Below, in pieces: positions 1 through 17,124 of a DNA stretch of 64,000 bases (positions are counted from its first letter, which is position 1; each line of letters opens with the position of its first letter). The position numbers and the translations under genes were made by a program. The notes under the pieces are model-generated. The model was not told where the DNA came from and did not search any database. It saw only the letters and a list, made by a program, of their open reading frames with translations. Source of the stretch: the human T2T-CHM13v2.0 reference genome, Homo sapiens; the NCBI RefSeq assembly GCF_009914755.1, contig NC_060941.1; one strand, given 5' to 3'.

Positions 1-207
<207 letters not shown>

Positions 208-1179
208 TAATGTTCTCACATAGTACAAAATTCAAAAGGTGCAAATGGGTCAGAGTGGAGAGTACATCTTGCTTCTTTTATTGTATAGCCTTCCAGAGAG
301 AACTTATCTATGCCTAGTAGGCATATATGTGTTTATATATTTATATACATATTTAGATATTTAGATTGGTAGATGATAGATCATTTAAATTTTTTTTTGC
401 AAAAACAGGTCCATACTAGCTGCACTTATTTCTAGGAAGCACTTTCCATCAGCCAGAGGTGAGCTCCCTGTGACAGGAGGCGTTTAGAGAGAGGTTGAGT
501 AACTGCCTGGGGTGTTGCAGAAGGGAACCCACCATTGGAAGGGCTGGTCTGTGCTTCTAGCCGAGTGGTTCCTGAATCCTCTCTGTCGCTATGCTTTGCA
601 GAGATAGAAATGAGGTGTGGGGAGGTAAAAAGGAAGTGACCTGTCCCACAGTGAATCTGCAGAAAAGCCAGTGAAGACCAGGTGGATGAAAATGAGGCTG
701 GGGCCATGCCCATGGGGAGATGTTGGACGATGCTTGAGTGCAAGATGGCAGCAGGCCGGGAGAGGCCCAGAAGAGAACTCACCACGCCGTGGGGGTGAGT
801 AGCGGGAGGGACAGCAGCATGTGCATCCCCCAAAGGCCTCCAGTTTGTTTGTAAAGTCTCAGGCAGGAATCTGCCCTTGTGATCCTGAGGCCTCATGTTT
901 CAGGGCTCAAAGCTGGCCCTGGGGACAGGAGGTGGCAACTGGTGTCTGACCCCCTAAACCTGGTGCCTCCACTGATCAACAGACCAGATAAGGGACAGGT
1001 CACCCCCTGACCTTAGGGCCTTGAGGCCCAGGGCGGGGAGTGGGTGGTGGTGCTGCAGTTAGAGGATCCCATTCTCAGGACAGTAAACCCTCGAAAGAAC
1101 TTCTCACCCACTATTTTCCAAGCTTTAGTCACTTGCATTCTGCTTTCATAATGTTGACCATTTCCAAGTTCCCTTGTAT

Positions 1180-1655
1180 TTTTAAACTTAAAATAAAGTG
1201 CATGTATCTTAAATGTACAGTTTCATCAGTTTTCACTTGCGTATTCACCCGTGCAGTCGGCCCCATCACAATACGAAATATTTTCAGCACCCAGAAGCCT
1301 CCCTCATAGCCCCTCCCACTCAGTGCCCCCCAAAAGTAACCATAGATTAGTTTTATGTGTTTGAACTTCCGATAAATTGACTCAACCAGAAGGTCCTCTT
1401 CTTTGTCATGCTTCCCTCATTCAACATCATATCTGTGAGCTTCACCCATGTTGTTGGGCAAGGCGATAGTTTTTCCTCATTCATGCTGCCTAGTACTCAG
1501 TGGTATGAGTACACCACAATGTATTTATCCATTCTCCTGTTGGTAGACATTTGAATTATTTCTGGTTTGAGGCTATTAAAAACAGTGCCACTGTGGACAG
1601 TCCTGTTCATGTATTTTGGTGGACACATGACCACATTTCTGTTGGGCACACATTT
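1180..1655 (-). mobile_element. Old L1 (L1ME-like) 3' fragment
   Basis: Typical L1M 3' region text (ttcacccatgttgt, tttatccattctcctgttggtagacatttg). Confidence 0.7.
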
Positions 1656-1659
1656 TGAT

Positions 1660-2570
1660 GAATGGTCCACAATTATAATATCACACAGAATAGTTTCACT
1701 GCCTTAAAAATCCCCTGTTCATCCCTCTCCCCACCTCTCCAAACCCCTAGCCGCTACTGATCTTTTTACTATCTCAATAGTTTTGCTTTTTGCAAAATGC
1801 CATATAATTGGAATATAGCATGTGGTCTTTTAGACTGGCTTCTTTCACTTAACAATATCATCTTAGTTTGCCTACCATGCCCTACCATGTCCTCTCTACC
1901 CTACCCTACATGTCCTCTCATAGCTTGGTAGCTCCTTTCTTTTTAACACCAAATAATATTCCATTGTGTGGACTTACAACAGTTTGTTTATCCATTCACC
2001 TATTGAAGGACATCTTGTCTAGCTCCAAGTTTTGGCAATTAAGAATAAAGCTGCTATAAACATTTGTGTGCAGTTTTTTTTGTGAGGACATAAGGTTTCA
2101 ACTGAGTTGGGTAAATACCTAGGAGTGCAATTACTAGATCATATGGTGAGATTATGTTTCCCTTTGTAAGAAACTACCAAACTGTATTCCAAAGTGGCCA
2201 TACCATTCCACATTCCCACCAGCAGTGAACAAGAGTTGTTGCTCTCCCTCCTTGCCGGCATTTAGTGTTGTTGGTATTTGGGGTTTTAGACATTCTAATA
2301 GCGGTGCGCCATCTCATTGTTGTTTTAATTTGCAGTTCCTTAATGACATGGGGTGTCAAGCATCTTTTCATATGCTTATTTGCCATCTGGATATCTTCTC
2401 TGAAGAGGTAACTGTTCAAATCTTTCGCCCACTTTTTAATTGGGTTGTTTGTTTTCTTATTGTTGAGTTTTAAGAGTTCATTGTACATTTTGGAAACAAG
2501 CCCTTTATCAGATAAGTGTTTTGCAAGCACTTTCTCCCAGTCTGTGGCTTGTCTGTTCATTCTCTTAAAA
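1660..2570 (-). mobile_element. L1MC/L1MD-like fragment (ORF2 C-terminus plus 3' UTR)
   Basis: ORF 2174..2656(-) contains the ORF2-like peptide RQATDWEKVLAKHLSDKGLVSKMY...NPIKKWAKDLN; 3' UTR motif cagaatagtttcactgcc. Confidence 0.85.
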
Positions 2571-2959
2571 TATACTGTATTCACGTTAAAATGAAACTTC
2601 ATATCACAATGGTAATGGGGAAAGCAGAATACTTTGCCATGAAAGAAGGTAACCATAAAAATTTAAAAATAAAGTGCCCAATGTTTCAAGTTCTTCTCCT
2701 CTGACAAAAAAAAAAGCCCAGTGTTATTCCATCCTGGCTGAGTCCTGCCACCTGCTTCTGAGCTCTAAGCCTGAGGCTTAATGTCTATTGTTAAAAAAGA
2801 ACTAACAAGTGGCGAAGAGGTATGCAAGCTGTACCAGCCTCAAACCAAGACCTTCTGCTAATCAAAATCAGAAAGCTTGAAAAATAATTTAAGGAGTAAC
2901 TTTTTTTCCGTGTAAGCAATCTTATTGAATGCTGGTCAACGTAGCACCTGAAAGAAACT

Positions 2960-3130
2960 TTGGGAATCACTGATCTAGTCCACTCCCTCGCCCTTGCCTC
3001 TACCTCACTGCTAAAATCCTTTGATCTTTCACCCAGTGTGTGTGCACCTCCAGTGACCAGGAAATCACCCCTTTCCAAGACAGCCTGTCTCTCCAGAGGA
3101 AGTTCTAGTAGGAAGTTCTTTATTGCATCA
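2960..3130 (-). mobile_element. L3/CR1 fragment
   Basis: gatctagtcca...cacctccagtgaccaggaaatcacc resembles the CR1 3' end in antisense. Confidence 0.5.
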
Positions 3131-3224
3131 AGCCAAGTTTCCCTGCATCCTCCCCTACTTGTCCTACCTCCCCACTTTGGGGAATCCCAGGGTCAAGGCT
3201 CATCTGTTTGTTCCAAAGAGTCAT

Positions 3225-3345
3225 TAACCTTTTACAGCCTCAGTTTCTTCATCTAAAAAAATGGGGGATAATAATACCCACTTTCCAGGGAGATCTTTGT
3301 GATGAAACGAGATACAGCATGTAAGGTGCTCAGCCCCATGCCTGC
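3225..3345 (+). mobile_element. MIR
   Basis: MIR core gcctcagtttcttcatct...atgggggataataata. Confidence 0.75.
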
Positions 3346-3819
3346 TTCCCAGAGGGGTGAGAAAAAAGGAGGCCTTTTGTTGATTCAACTGTGAACTTGC
3401 CCACAGGAGGAAGTGGACATGGGTCTGCACCATTTTTTCTGGGTGATGTCTCAGCATTGTTGAGAGGGGCCAAGATTTGAAAGTCTAGGAAGGAACTGGG
3501 TCTATGTTCTGATGGACCCCTAGGGATAATCTGATCCAAGCTCTTCATTTCATAGCTTAAGAATCTGGAGGTTAGAGGGGCTGAGAGATGTGTCCAAAGT
3601 CACAGAGCAAAAAGCACAAAGGCAGAGCAGAGACCTGTGGGGCAGGCAGTGGTTTCTTAGGGCTGAAAGGAGCACCAGACCTGGAGTCCCGAGCCCTAGC
3701 TATGGGCCATGCAGCTATTAATATATAGATACCGTACTATGTGGCCTTGGGCAAGTATTTTTTCCTCTCTAGGCCTCAGTTTCTTCACTTATAAAATGAA
3801 TCGTTGACCTAAATATGTT

Positions 3820-3950
3820 TTTTGTTTGTTTTATAGAGACAGAGTCTTGCTATGTTGCCCAGGCTGGTCTTGAACGCCTGGCCTTGAGCATTCCTCCTGC
3901 CTCTGCCTCCCAACGTGCTGGGATTACAAGCATGAGTCACTGCACCCAAC
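3820..3950 (-). mobile_element. FLAM (Alu left monomer)
   Basis: Single left arm flanked by target-site duplication (TSD) tgacctaaat at 3805 and 3951. Confidence 0.85.
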
Positions 3951-4344
3951 TGACCTAAATGTTTTTGAGGCTGTTTCTGCTTCTGAAATTCTATGATCAA
4001 GGAGGTAGTTCTTGAGCTTGAGGAAAGTGTGGGACCAATTCATCCGAAGACAAAGGCATTCCAGGCAGAAGACACAGCACAAGCAAAGGCTGGGAAGTAA
4101 CTGGATTAGACTGGGCATCTGGGCGATGAGACCCTAGGGCGTTTTAAGCGTACAGAAAAGTACTTAGCATGGTATCTGACTCAATAAATTCTCTTTCCCT
4201 GAGTAAAATTTCCCACTTCCACATCTCTACTTCATCCATTAAATGGAGGATAATGTTTGTGGTGGACTTGCTGAACCCAAGTATTGAAGTCATAGCCCAG
4301 CACAAGGCTGCCCAGCTAGGAACTAGATTTCCCAGCCCCAGACA

Positions 4345-5430
<1,086 letters not shown>

Positions 5431-6055
5431 ATGTTCCGGCCCCTTTATGGCTCAGGGTGGCCACATGACAAAGTCCTCACCAATGGAATGGGAGCAGAAG
5501 TGATGTGTTGCAACTTCCAGGCCTGGCTTTTAAGACACAACTCATGCGCACTTTTGATTCTTTCTGAAGACATGACGTGGGCAGGCCAGTGTGACCGTGT
5601 AGACAAGAGCATCACCAAGGGGTAATAGGGGAAACCTCATGGAGGGAGCCAGGCTCTTGTTTGGTTGTGTGGGGTGGAGCAGCCCTCCTACCCACCCTGT
5701 TACATGAGAACAAGGAAACCTTTCTGTTCTTTCAGCCAGTGGACGCTTTCTTACAGCAGCTCAGCCTTTTGCCATAACGAACACAATGTCTCTATGTGGG
5801 TAGGGGCAGAGGGGAAAATCAAGTGACTCCTCAATGTCGAGTTTTGAGGGTTTCTGAGGGCTAGCTTGCCGTTCCTCTCACAAGAAGCTCTGTCTTTCAC
5901 CATTCTCCCTGGGTGATGGCTATCAGCCCATTAAAATGCATGGAAGGTCCCTATTTTAAAAAAAGGAAAAGGAAGGAAAGAAGGAAGAGAGGAAGGGAGG
6001 GAGAAAGGGAGAAAGGTAAGGGAAGGCAAGCATAAAGCCAAAGAAAGATCCCTAG

Positions 6056-6442
<387 letters not shown>

Positions 6443-7029
6443 TGATGATTCCTGTTTGTTCTCTTCCAGGAATTCTGAATCAAGGAAGAGGAGAGGGGGT
6501 CGTGGGGCAGAAGAGAGGTCACTGACAGAGAGGGGCACAGGGGCAGAAGCTGTCCAGAGGCATAGCTGTGACAAGTTGTCAGGGAGAAGAAGAGAGACTT
6601 TTGTTTTGACATAGTTTTCAAACAATGGTGGTTGCCTGGAAAGAAACCAACCACTCTACAACTATAGCCTAAATACTAAATGACTGAGGAAGAATAAGAA
6701 ACGTGTGTCTCAAATGATACAAAGCTGTGCATGTGTCAACATGAGCAAACTAATTCAGATGGGCACGTAGAACACAAATGGGAGGGGGGATGGGGTTGAC
6801 TGTATTTATTCTTTGTTTTTCTTTTCTTGCCTGATGAAATATTTGTAATTTTTACACTGTCAGAAAGCAATCAAAACTGTGATTATGGTTCACAATTTTG
6901 ACAGCTAGTTTCGTGTACTTTAAGTAGTTCTATTGTGTTTTAGACAATTTGAACAATTTGCTTTTCCCTTGAAAGTTGAGGAAAGACTGCACATGCCTTT
7001 AATTCCCACTAAACCTGTGTGGAGAGCAA

Positions 7030-7205
7030 ACCATACAGCTGGCATTTGTTGAACTCTGCTCTAAGCAAGCATGTTGTGCTTAAGAACTCATTTATTCCCC
7101 ATAACAAACCCAGGTAGATAGGTAGATAGGTGCCATCATAGTAGATGAGGAAATGGCGTGTCAAAGTAGTAGATACCTGGTCCAAGGCAGCCTGGCTCCA
7201 CATCC
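7030..7205 (-). mobile_element. MIR
   Basis: agatgaggaaa...tccaagg antisense MIR core. Confidence 0.6.
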
Positions 7206-8021
7206 TGTATTTTCAGCCCCTGGCTAGTCCAATTCTTGGTATCTTACTGGGCCACAGCAGAACCAGACATAGGCTTCCTGGTTCCCAGGGTAGACCCTTT
7301 CCTTCCTACCATCTTCATGCAGTACATCTCAGAACTGGGGTGTGTTTACCAAAGGGGTATGTAGTGCTAAGGAGTTGCACAGATCTGCACAGACTGAGGC
7401 ACAGGACTGGTCTTAGAGGGAAAACCACAGGGAGGAAAGAGTGGGTTTCTCCTGAGACCTGAGCTCCAGCCCCACTTCATGGCCCAGAGAGCTCCGGCCA
7501 GGGAGGAATATCCAATTTCCAGGCATGGTTGAAACCGGAGCTGGGTGCCCCCACCAGCTTGCCTCCTGTGTTCCTCCTCCATGTGTGCTGAAGTGGAATA
7601 GGCGGAGGGCACAAGGGGAAGCATTGTTCCTGCCCCCACCTTGTGCAACCCAGCTCTCAGTGGAGCGTGGAGGAATTTGTGTAACTTTCCTGGAGGTTAA
7701 GAGCAGGTCAGTGCAGGGCTGCAGCCCAGGCTACTCTCCCAGCAAAGGGAGCCTCGGGCTAAGCCAGGCGGCCCCGTGGGAACAGAAGCACATACCTGCT
7801 GTCCATGCCCTGAAACGGGAGGGCAGCCTGAGCTGCTGGGCGTGAAGATGCAGATCCCAAATCCCCCAGCTGCCCTCCTCCAGCACAGGGGCAGATCACA
7901 GAAGCCTGAACTGACAAGGAACCTGGAAACAGGCAACCAAATTCCCACATCTGCCAGGTGGGCACACTCAGGCTCAGAGAAGAAAGAGGAGCTTTCATGA
8001 ATCATGTACCTTCCTGAGTGC

Positions 8022-8075
8022 CATTCATTCATTCATTCATTCACTCATCATTCATTCATTCATTTAGCAAACACT
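8022..8075 (-). repeat. (TTCA)n, L2 3' tail
   Basis: cattcattcattc...ttagcaaacactt. Confidence 0.75.
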
Positions 8076-8744
8076 TGTGGTGGAATGTCAAGGGCAGACA
8101 CTATCACTATCCTAGAAGGTTCGATGTATTTCTTATTCTGGTTGGCATTCGGGAGAGACAATAGAGACTCAAAGAGGGCATGAGATCTTTCCAAGGTCAC
8201 ACAGCTGGTTTGAGGCAGGTCTGCTAAGTGTCAGCCTAAGCCTCTTTCCCCTGCACCAAACATGCAAGCATGTATATATGGTGTATGGAAAGTCAGACGG
8301 AAAAGTGGGTCCTAAGTCATTGGATCAACTCTCTTGTCTCCTGGCAAATGATATGACAGAGTCAATTCCACTCAACAATTGATTTGGTGTCTACTCTGGG
8401 CAAAATACTTAATTGATTCTCTTCTTCTGGGAAGATTTCCAGGAACCAACTAGGCTCCTGCATTGGGAAGTTAGTCCTGATCAAATCTTTCCTCCTTTAA
8501 TTTAAGCCATTTTCCCATTTGTCATACACAGGATGTGAAGATAGCTTGTGTTTCAAGCAAAGTTCTTCATCATCACAGGAAGGCAAAAGGTTGGAATGGA
8601 CCATGAATGTGGCAGGTGTTTTCACACTCTGGCACCTATAAAGAGTCAGAGCCCAACAGAGATTGGTGGGATGAATGAATGTACACAAAATTCAACATTT
8701 AAATGGCACTCCAAAGGTTTACAGAAGATGTTCATGTACACTCT

Positions 8745-8910
8745 TTCAGTCCACAAAGCAATCCTGGAAGGCAGGCACTTTATCCCCATGTCACAGATGG
8801 GAAAACTGAGGCTCAGAAAGCATAAATAGGTTGCTGAGGGTCACAGAGCTCATGGGCAGCCATGTTGAGATCCATACCTAGACCTCCTAACTCCTAGTCC
8901 AGCGCTGCTT
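8745..8910 (-). mobile_element. MIR
   Basis: acagatgggaaaactgaggctcagaaag...ggtcacagagct. Confidence 0.75.
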
Positions 8911-9637
8911 CTGTGACGCCACATGGCTGAGGTACATGTATGTGGTTCTAGTGGGCAGTATTAATATAATGACAGTGGCAGCTGTGTTTCTCTGGCCTTT
9001 CTGCAGGGAGGGAAATGCTCAGCTGGTCTGAAAGCCATTTCTTCCTACCCTTGAGTGGGGGGTGGAAGTAGAGGAGGGACATCTATCTGGCCAGATGTGT
9101 TGGGAGGGAGGGTGAGTCCATGGCTTGGGTTAATGATCCTTGCCACCCACATCACTGGGTGGTGGGAACAGGTGGCCAAGACTGAGCTGACCAGTGGGAC
9201 TAGGCTGAGCTAGGAGGCACCAGCTGCTGTCCAGATAAAGATGACCTTTCTTAGCCACAGCTCCCCCAGGGAGAGAGATATGGAGTATCTCATCCATGGT
9301 CTCCACCTTAGTGCAGACCCCTATCAGTGCTCAACCAGACCATTACAACTGCCTCGCAAACTGCCTCTGTACCTAACTTCATCCAGTCCCATGCCAGCTT
9401 CACACTGCTGGCAGAGCTGTGTTTATATGGCACAAATGTGTTGGTGTCACTTATCTTCAGAGAAGCCTTCAATCCTCTCCCCGCTGGTACACAGCCTAAA
9501 CTCCCAAGCAGGCGCTCACTATTTGTCCCCAACCTACCCTCCTAAATCTGACCACAAAACTCCCCTTCAAGCCCCCATACCTCAAAGACGTTTCCCACCT
9601 CGACTCCATTGTTCTTGCTGTTGCCTTTGCCTGGGAT

Positions 9638-10080
<443 letters not shown>

Positions 10081-10364
10081 GATTGCCCTTGCCTGGGATG
10101 CCTACCTCACACCCTGTTGGTCTCTGACACTGATCCCTCCTTCGTCTCAACTTGCAACTCAGTTTTCCTCTTGTGACATTTGCCCCCTTCTTACCTTGTG
10201 TTTCTGTGCCTTTTATCTCCTGCCCTAGACCAGGAGCTCCTTGAGTATCTCATTTAGTTCCCCCTGCCCCCCTGCATGGCACTTACTCATGGAAGGGGCT
10301 TAGGAGCATACAGTGGGCATGGGAAGGGGCTGGGAAGAGGGAAGGCAGGAGGGGGCATGCTCTC

Positions 10365-10595
10365 AGTCCAGGATCCAGAGCCAAGCTGAGCTGAATTCAA
10401 ATCCTGACTCCACCACTCATTAGCCGTGTGACTTTGGGCAAGTTGCTTTAACATCTGTGCCTCAGTTTCCTCATCTGTCAAATAGGGATAATCATTTGCT
10501 TCATGGGACTCTTTGAGGATTAAATGAGGTAACAGATTAAAACATTCAGCGCAAAGTCTGGCACATAGTATGTATTCAATAAATGTTAGATATTA
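10365..10595 (+). mobile_element. MIR, near full length
   Basis: gtgtgactttgggcaagttgcttaacatctgtgcctcagtttcctcatctgtc...caataaatgttag. Confidence 0.9.
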
Positions 10596-10677
10596 TTTAT
10601 AATTTAGTTACATAAATGGGCTAGATGAGATTTCATTGTCATGAGAATTTCAAATGGAGAGTGAGAACTAACATTTA

Positions 10678-10987
<310 letters not shown>

Positions 10988-10994
10988 CCATGAA

Positions 10995-11230
10995 GAACTA
11001 ACATTTATTGAGCACCCGCTCTGTTCCAGGCAGGGCGCTCAGCATCTCCATGTGCTTCTCCTTATTCAGTCCTCACAAGGATGCCAGGAGGTAGGCATCA
11101 TTCCCATTTTTCATCTGAAGAATCTGAGGCCCAGGGAGGTTTGCGTGGTGGGCCTTTGGACACAGATGGGAAATGGTGGGACTGAGGGTCAACCCAGATC
11201 TGTGTGACTCCATCTCTGTGCTCTCTTTCC
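10995..11230 (-). mobile_element. MIR
   Basis: aacatttattgagcac...ctgaggcccagggagg. Confidence 0.75.
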
Positions 11231-11704
11231 ATTCAACCTGACCGACTCAGGAATTCAGAGGGAGATCCCTAGGAAGTGGTCCCTAGAAGGAGGCACACCT
11301 CCATCTCCTCACAGGCCAGCTCCCCTACCCAGTCCCTCACAAGGCCCAGCTCTCCAGGGAGTAGGGGCGCTGGTGCTGAAGTTGAGGGGGGATTACCGGT
11401 GTTGGGGGCCTTTCCCGACTTCCCATGGATCCTCTCCTCTTCCTCTCCTGCAGCAGCTGAGCCAGGGCTGTCTCTTGGGTTCAGTCCGGTTGGCTCCAGG
11501 CCAATTCCAGGTGTCACATCAGGCCTTGGCTTTCAGAAGGCTGCAGGGGGTTCCTCCAGGAAGGGCAGTGTGCTTCCTCCAGGGTCCACCATGGAGGTGC
11601 CGCTGTGCCACTTGGGAAAGCAGGAGCTCCGGGGAGCCTAACCCACCGATTCTGGGATCCTGGCCTTGGCACCCCTCAGCTGGTCTCAGGCAAGATACTT
11701 CAGG

Positions 11705-11835
11705 GCAAAGGGACTCAGTTTCCCCACATGCAAAAGGGGAATAATCTCTATTCCCCAGCTTGCCATGAGCATTAGTTAAGATTGCGGACTTAAAGCTCCA
11801 GGCCTGGTGCTTACTAGATGCTCAGTAAACACTAG
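11705..11835 (+). mobile_element. MIR
   Basis: ctcagtttccccacatgcaaaagggg...ctcagtaaac. Confidence 0.65.
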
Positions 11836-13029
11836 TTTCCTGCTTCCTCCACATCCTCCCCCTCTCCCTTGGGACTGTCCTTTGAGGGCCTTCTCTTATG
11901 TTTTTCAGGAGATCTGCTTGAAAATGTCCACCTACTCCACCCAGGACAGCAGAAACTACTCGGGGAGGCTGTACTGGGCCCCTTCTTCCAGCTGAGGTCC
12001 TGGTCACTTTAGTCTCTCCCTCTAGGTGTGGGGTGGAGGGAGGACTTTGCCCTGCCTCCAGCCCTGGGGCCTTGTTCCTTCTGACTTGATACTATAGCTG
12101 CTGGGATCAGAGGTGACTGGGAGACTGGTTTGGTCAAGAAGGAGGGTAAAGAGTAGTGCCTAGCCTGCCTAGACCACTTTCCCATCCCCAGAGGGTGCCA
12201 TTTAACTCCCGCTGCAGGTGCCATGAGCCCCGGACCCTGCACTGGCTTGGGGAGAGGGTGCACTGGGCCCCAATTTTTCTTATCTCTTGGCCAAATTCCA
12301 GGCATTCCCACTGTGAATCCCAGGAACTGAACTTATCCTTGCCTCTCTCGGGTCCAGGGATTAGCATCCCCTCTCCCGACCCCTGATGATACACCTCAGG
12401 GAGGCCTGGTCCGGACCTAGTCAGCTGCTTCATCAGCTCTGTGCTCTGGAGCTCCTGTAAGGGTGACATGCTTCTCCATGCTTTACAGATGGATAACCTG
12501 AAGCACAGAGACATCAAACAGGCCACACAGCTAGAAGTGCCAGGACCAGAGCCCAAGTTTATCCAGCTCCAAGGCACATGGTCTTTCTCCCATACCCACT
12601 TACCTCCCTGCCTCCTAGTCTGAAGCGGAAACACTCAACAAAGAAAGCTCCCTCACCACCTAATTGATGTGGCATTGGAAACAGCCTTGTTCTTCCTCAC
12701 TTAGAATAGACTCCCTTTGCTCCATTCCAGAGAGGGGAGAAGAAGCAATGAACTGCCTGGGGGAGGCAGTTCTGCAGAAAGAATCTGAAGGCCACTGTGG
12801 AAGGAATTGGCCACGGAAGCTGCATGATGACAACAGTGCTGGGCTTGTCCTGACCTGGCCTCACTCCGGCCAATTTTTCCTAATCAACATGGCCCTGGGG
12901 AGGGAGCAGCCTGCCTGGAATAGGAATGAAGAAAGACAGATTAGGGGTCACTCTCCTGGCTTTAACTTGCATGGGCTTGCTGGGTTCCTTTAGATCCCTG
13001 CATGAACCATTCAATGCAAACCATACATG

Positions 13030-13560
13030 TCTGTTAGGACTCTTGGTTGCAAGTGACAGAAAACCTTCCTCAGCTTCAGAAAGCGGGGAGGGTTTATTGA
13101 TTCTCATAATGGAATAGTTCAGGGGTAGGTCTGGCTTCGGGTAAAGTTTGATACAGGGCCCAAATGACATCACCAGAATCCATCTCTCAGCTCAGTTGCT
13201 TGTGTTTATCTCTATTCTTCAGCTCTGTGGCTGGCAGAAATAGCTGTGCCACACTAAGATACATACTCGCCTACTCCAGTGGAAAAGAGGGAATTTCCCT
13301 TCCCAGAAGCCCCAGCATTTCACTGGCTGTGATTGGTTTATATGCTCTGGAGCTCTCACTATGACTGGAGGTCATGAAGATTGAATAAACTTGGAGGACA
13401 TGAAGATTGAATAAACCCAGAACCCATCCCTGGGGCTCTGGGTGGTATAATCCCACCAGATCACCTAGGGAATGGAGAAGGAGTAGTTTCCCAAACGGAA
13501 TTTGGGCTTCAGTTTTTAGTAGAGGGGGCAGTGAGTGCTGGGCGATCAACAACAATATCC
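13030..13560. mobile_element. Ancient ERVL/MaLR-class solo LTR (LTR33/MLT1-like)
   Basis: Terminal motif ggactcttggttgcaagtgacagaaaacc...tttattgattctcataa. Confidence 0.55.
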
Positions 13561-13684
13561 CTCCCACCCCAACAAGGAGAGCCCCAGTCCCCATTTAAAT
13601 AGCCCAGCTCTGGCTCCGACTCACCCTCTCTGCCCCTCTCCTTTCATCTCATCCCATCCTGCTCCTGAACTTGCAGCTTGGGCT

Positions 13685-14095
13685 CCATCATAGGACAGGG
13701 TCCCTAGAAACAGAGTCTGAGACAAGGATTAGGGCACATGTGATTAATCAGGGGTGTGGTCCCAGGAGAAAGGGTATGAAAGAAGCAGAATTAGGCAAGG
13801 GCAGAGAGGAGCGAGGATGCAGCCTCAGCCAGATTCAGCCTGATATCACAGGGCACTCTGGAGCATCAGCTGTGCCAGAGAGTTGGTCCCTCCTTGAGGC
13901 AAGGGGGCCAGCCTTTTGCACTCTCCTCCCCTCATGTCAATCAGTCATTGGTTATGGGCTTCCCAGGAATGTGTAACCTTTCAGGGTAGGCAGCTTCCAT
14001 TCAGCCAGTGCAATTCTCCAGAGATGGGGGCAGCTGAGAGCCATTACAGCTAACATGCCCAGCAGCAAGGAGGGTTTGGGCAGAATGTCAGCTAC
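13685..14095. mobile_element. Ancient ERVL-class solo LTR
   Basis: gggtccctagaaacagagtctgagacaaggatt...gtgattaatcagggg. Confidence 0.5.
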
Positions 14096-14666
14096 AGGCT
14101 CCTTGCCTTGCCCTTCAGATTGAATACTCAGTTCCGTTGTTTCCTTGGCAATGGCCTGACTCCCTCCATGATCCCAGGGCTAAATCACCTTTATATCCCT
14201 CTGACTGCTTAGCAATGCCTCTCCAAGCTTGGGGGACCCTAAGGGCCTCCTACCCCTAGCACTGCTCCCAAGGGTACCCCTGCTCCCACAGGGCCCCTAG
14301 AGCAGGAGCCAACCAGAGAGAGCTGCCTTGCACCGGGATGGAGCCTGGGGCTGTCTTGGACAATGGCAGAGTCCCTGGCCTCCTGGTTTCCTCTGCCTCA
14401 CTCCTCCCCAGTTCTGACTTTTGTCTGCTACTTTGGCATTCAGCTTCCTGGGCATCTGCCTCCTTCTGGTGTACATATTGGAGCCTCTTCTCAGAATGGT
14501 CAATTCTGTTGGCCTTTCCAGTTCCCCCACCCTGGATTCTTCTCTAGACAGCTGATGCCCTTTGACAAGAATGGTTTAAGTTAAGTCTCTTGCCAGGTGC
14601 CAACTGCTTTTGAAGGCTTAGATTCTGTCTTGTTTGAGGGCTTTGCTTATTAGTTTAAGAGTGCCG

Positions 14667-15033
<367 letters not shown>

Positions 15034-15288
15034 TTAACATTCTAATATACAAAAAGTTTTTATGAATCAACAATAAAATATATGAACACTGCAGCAACAA
15101 AATTGGTCAAAGGACATGAACAGGCAATATTACACAAGAAGAAATGGATATGAGAAGGTACTTGACCTCACTAGTAATCAAATAAATTCAAATTAAAGCA
15201 GCAATGAGGAATCATTTGTTCACTTTTCCCATTGGCAAATATTTCATGTTACTGAAGATGAGGAGAAATGGCCAGTCTTGTGCTTTGA

Positions 15289-15930
<642 letters not shown>

Positions 15931-15945
<15 letters not shown>

Positions 15946-16216
15946 AGAGAGGAGGGGAGGAAGGAACGAAAGAAGGAAGGAAGGAAGGAAAGAAGGAAGG
16001 AAGGAAGGGAGGGAGGGAAGAAGGAAGGAAGGAAGGGAGGGAAGAAAGAAAAGAAGGAAAGAAAAAAAGAAGAAAGGAAAGAAAAATAGAAGAAAGAGCA
16101 AGAAAGAAGAAAGAAGAAAGAAAGGAAAGAGAAAGAAAGAAGAAAGGAAGGATGGAAGGAAGGAAGAAAGGAAGGAAGGAAAAGAACGAAGGGAAAGCAA
16201 AGGAAGGAAAGAAGGA
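15931..16216 (+). repeat. (GGAA/GAAA)n polypurine tract
   Basis: About 285 bp of almost exclusively A/G. Confidence 0.95.
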
Positions 16217-16457
16217 CATTTCTGGAAGGCAATGTGGAAACCCTTGGCAAGCCTGGAAAATGTGTATAACCTTAGAATCTACAATTCAACTTCTTGGAAT
16301 TTATCCTAGGGAAACACTGAAAGATGTGCCCAAGGGTATATGTGCAATGATGTTTATCTCAGTACTATTTATAATAGCAAAAAAATGGAAATGACTTAAT
16401 AACCCATAAATAGAGAACTGGTTGAATCAATTATGCTTCACTCATATAATGAAATCA

Positions 16458-16833
<376 letters not shown>

Positions 16834-17124
16834 TTAAAAAGGTTATAAAAGATCATGTAGAGTATGCTTCATTTGTGTTGAATTGTATACCTAAGTGGGT
16901 ACTCCCAGGAAGGAGTCTGGAAGAGTAGTCTCCAAAATTTCTAGGTGGTAGGAAGTGGATTCTGTGGTTTGTGCCTTCTATAGGTAACCAGTGCCCAGTG
17001 ACCATCTGGGTGTGCCCCGTGGTCCCAGTTCTCATTCTGATGGAGCCGACTTGCCCTGGGATTGGGATGACTGACTGTGCCCTTGGATACGCTCAAGGGG
17101 ATGGACCAGGGGACATCAGCATGG

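Noticed and set aside
2174-2656. ORF with L1 ORF2 similarity
   Set aside because: Frameshifted remnant of an old L1, not a functional gene
11365-11385. REST/RE1-like sequence (TTCAGCACC-AGCGCC on the minus strand)
   Set aside because: The right half-site lacks the GGACAG core, so it is not a canonical RE1
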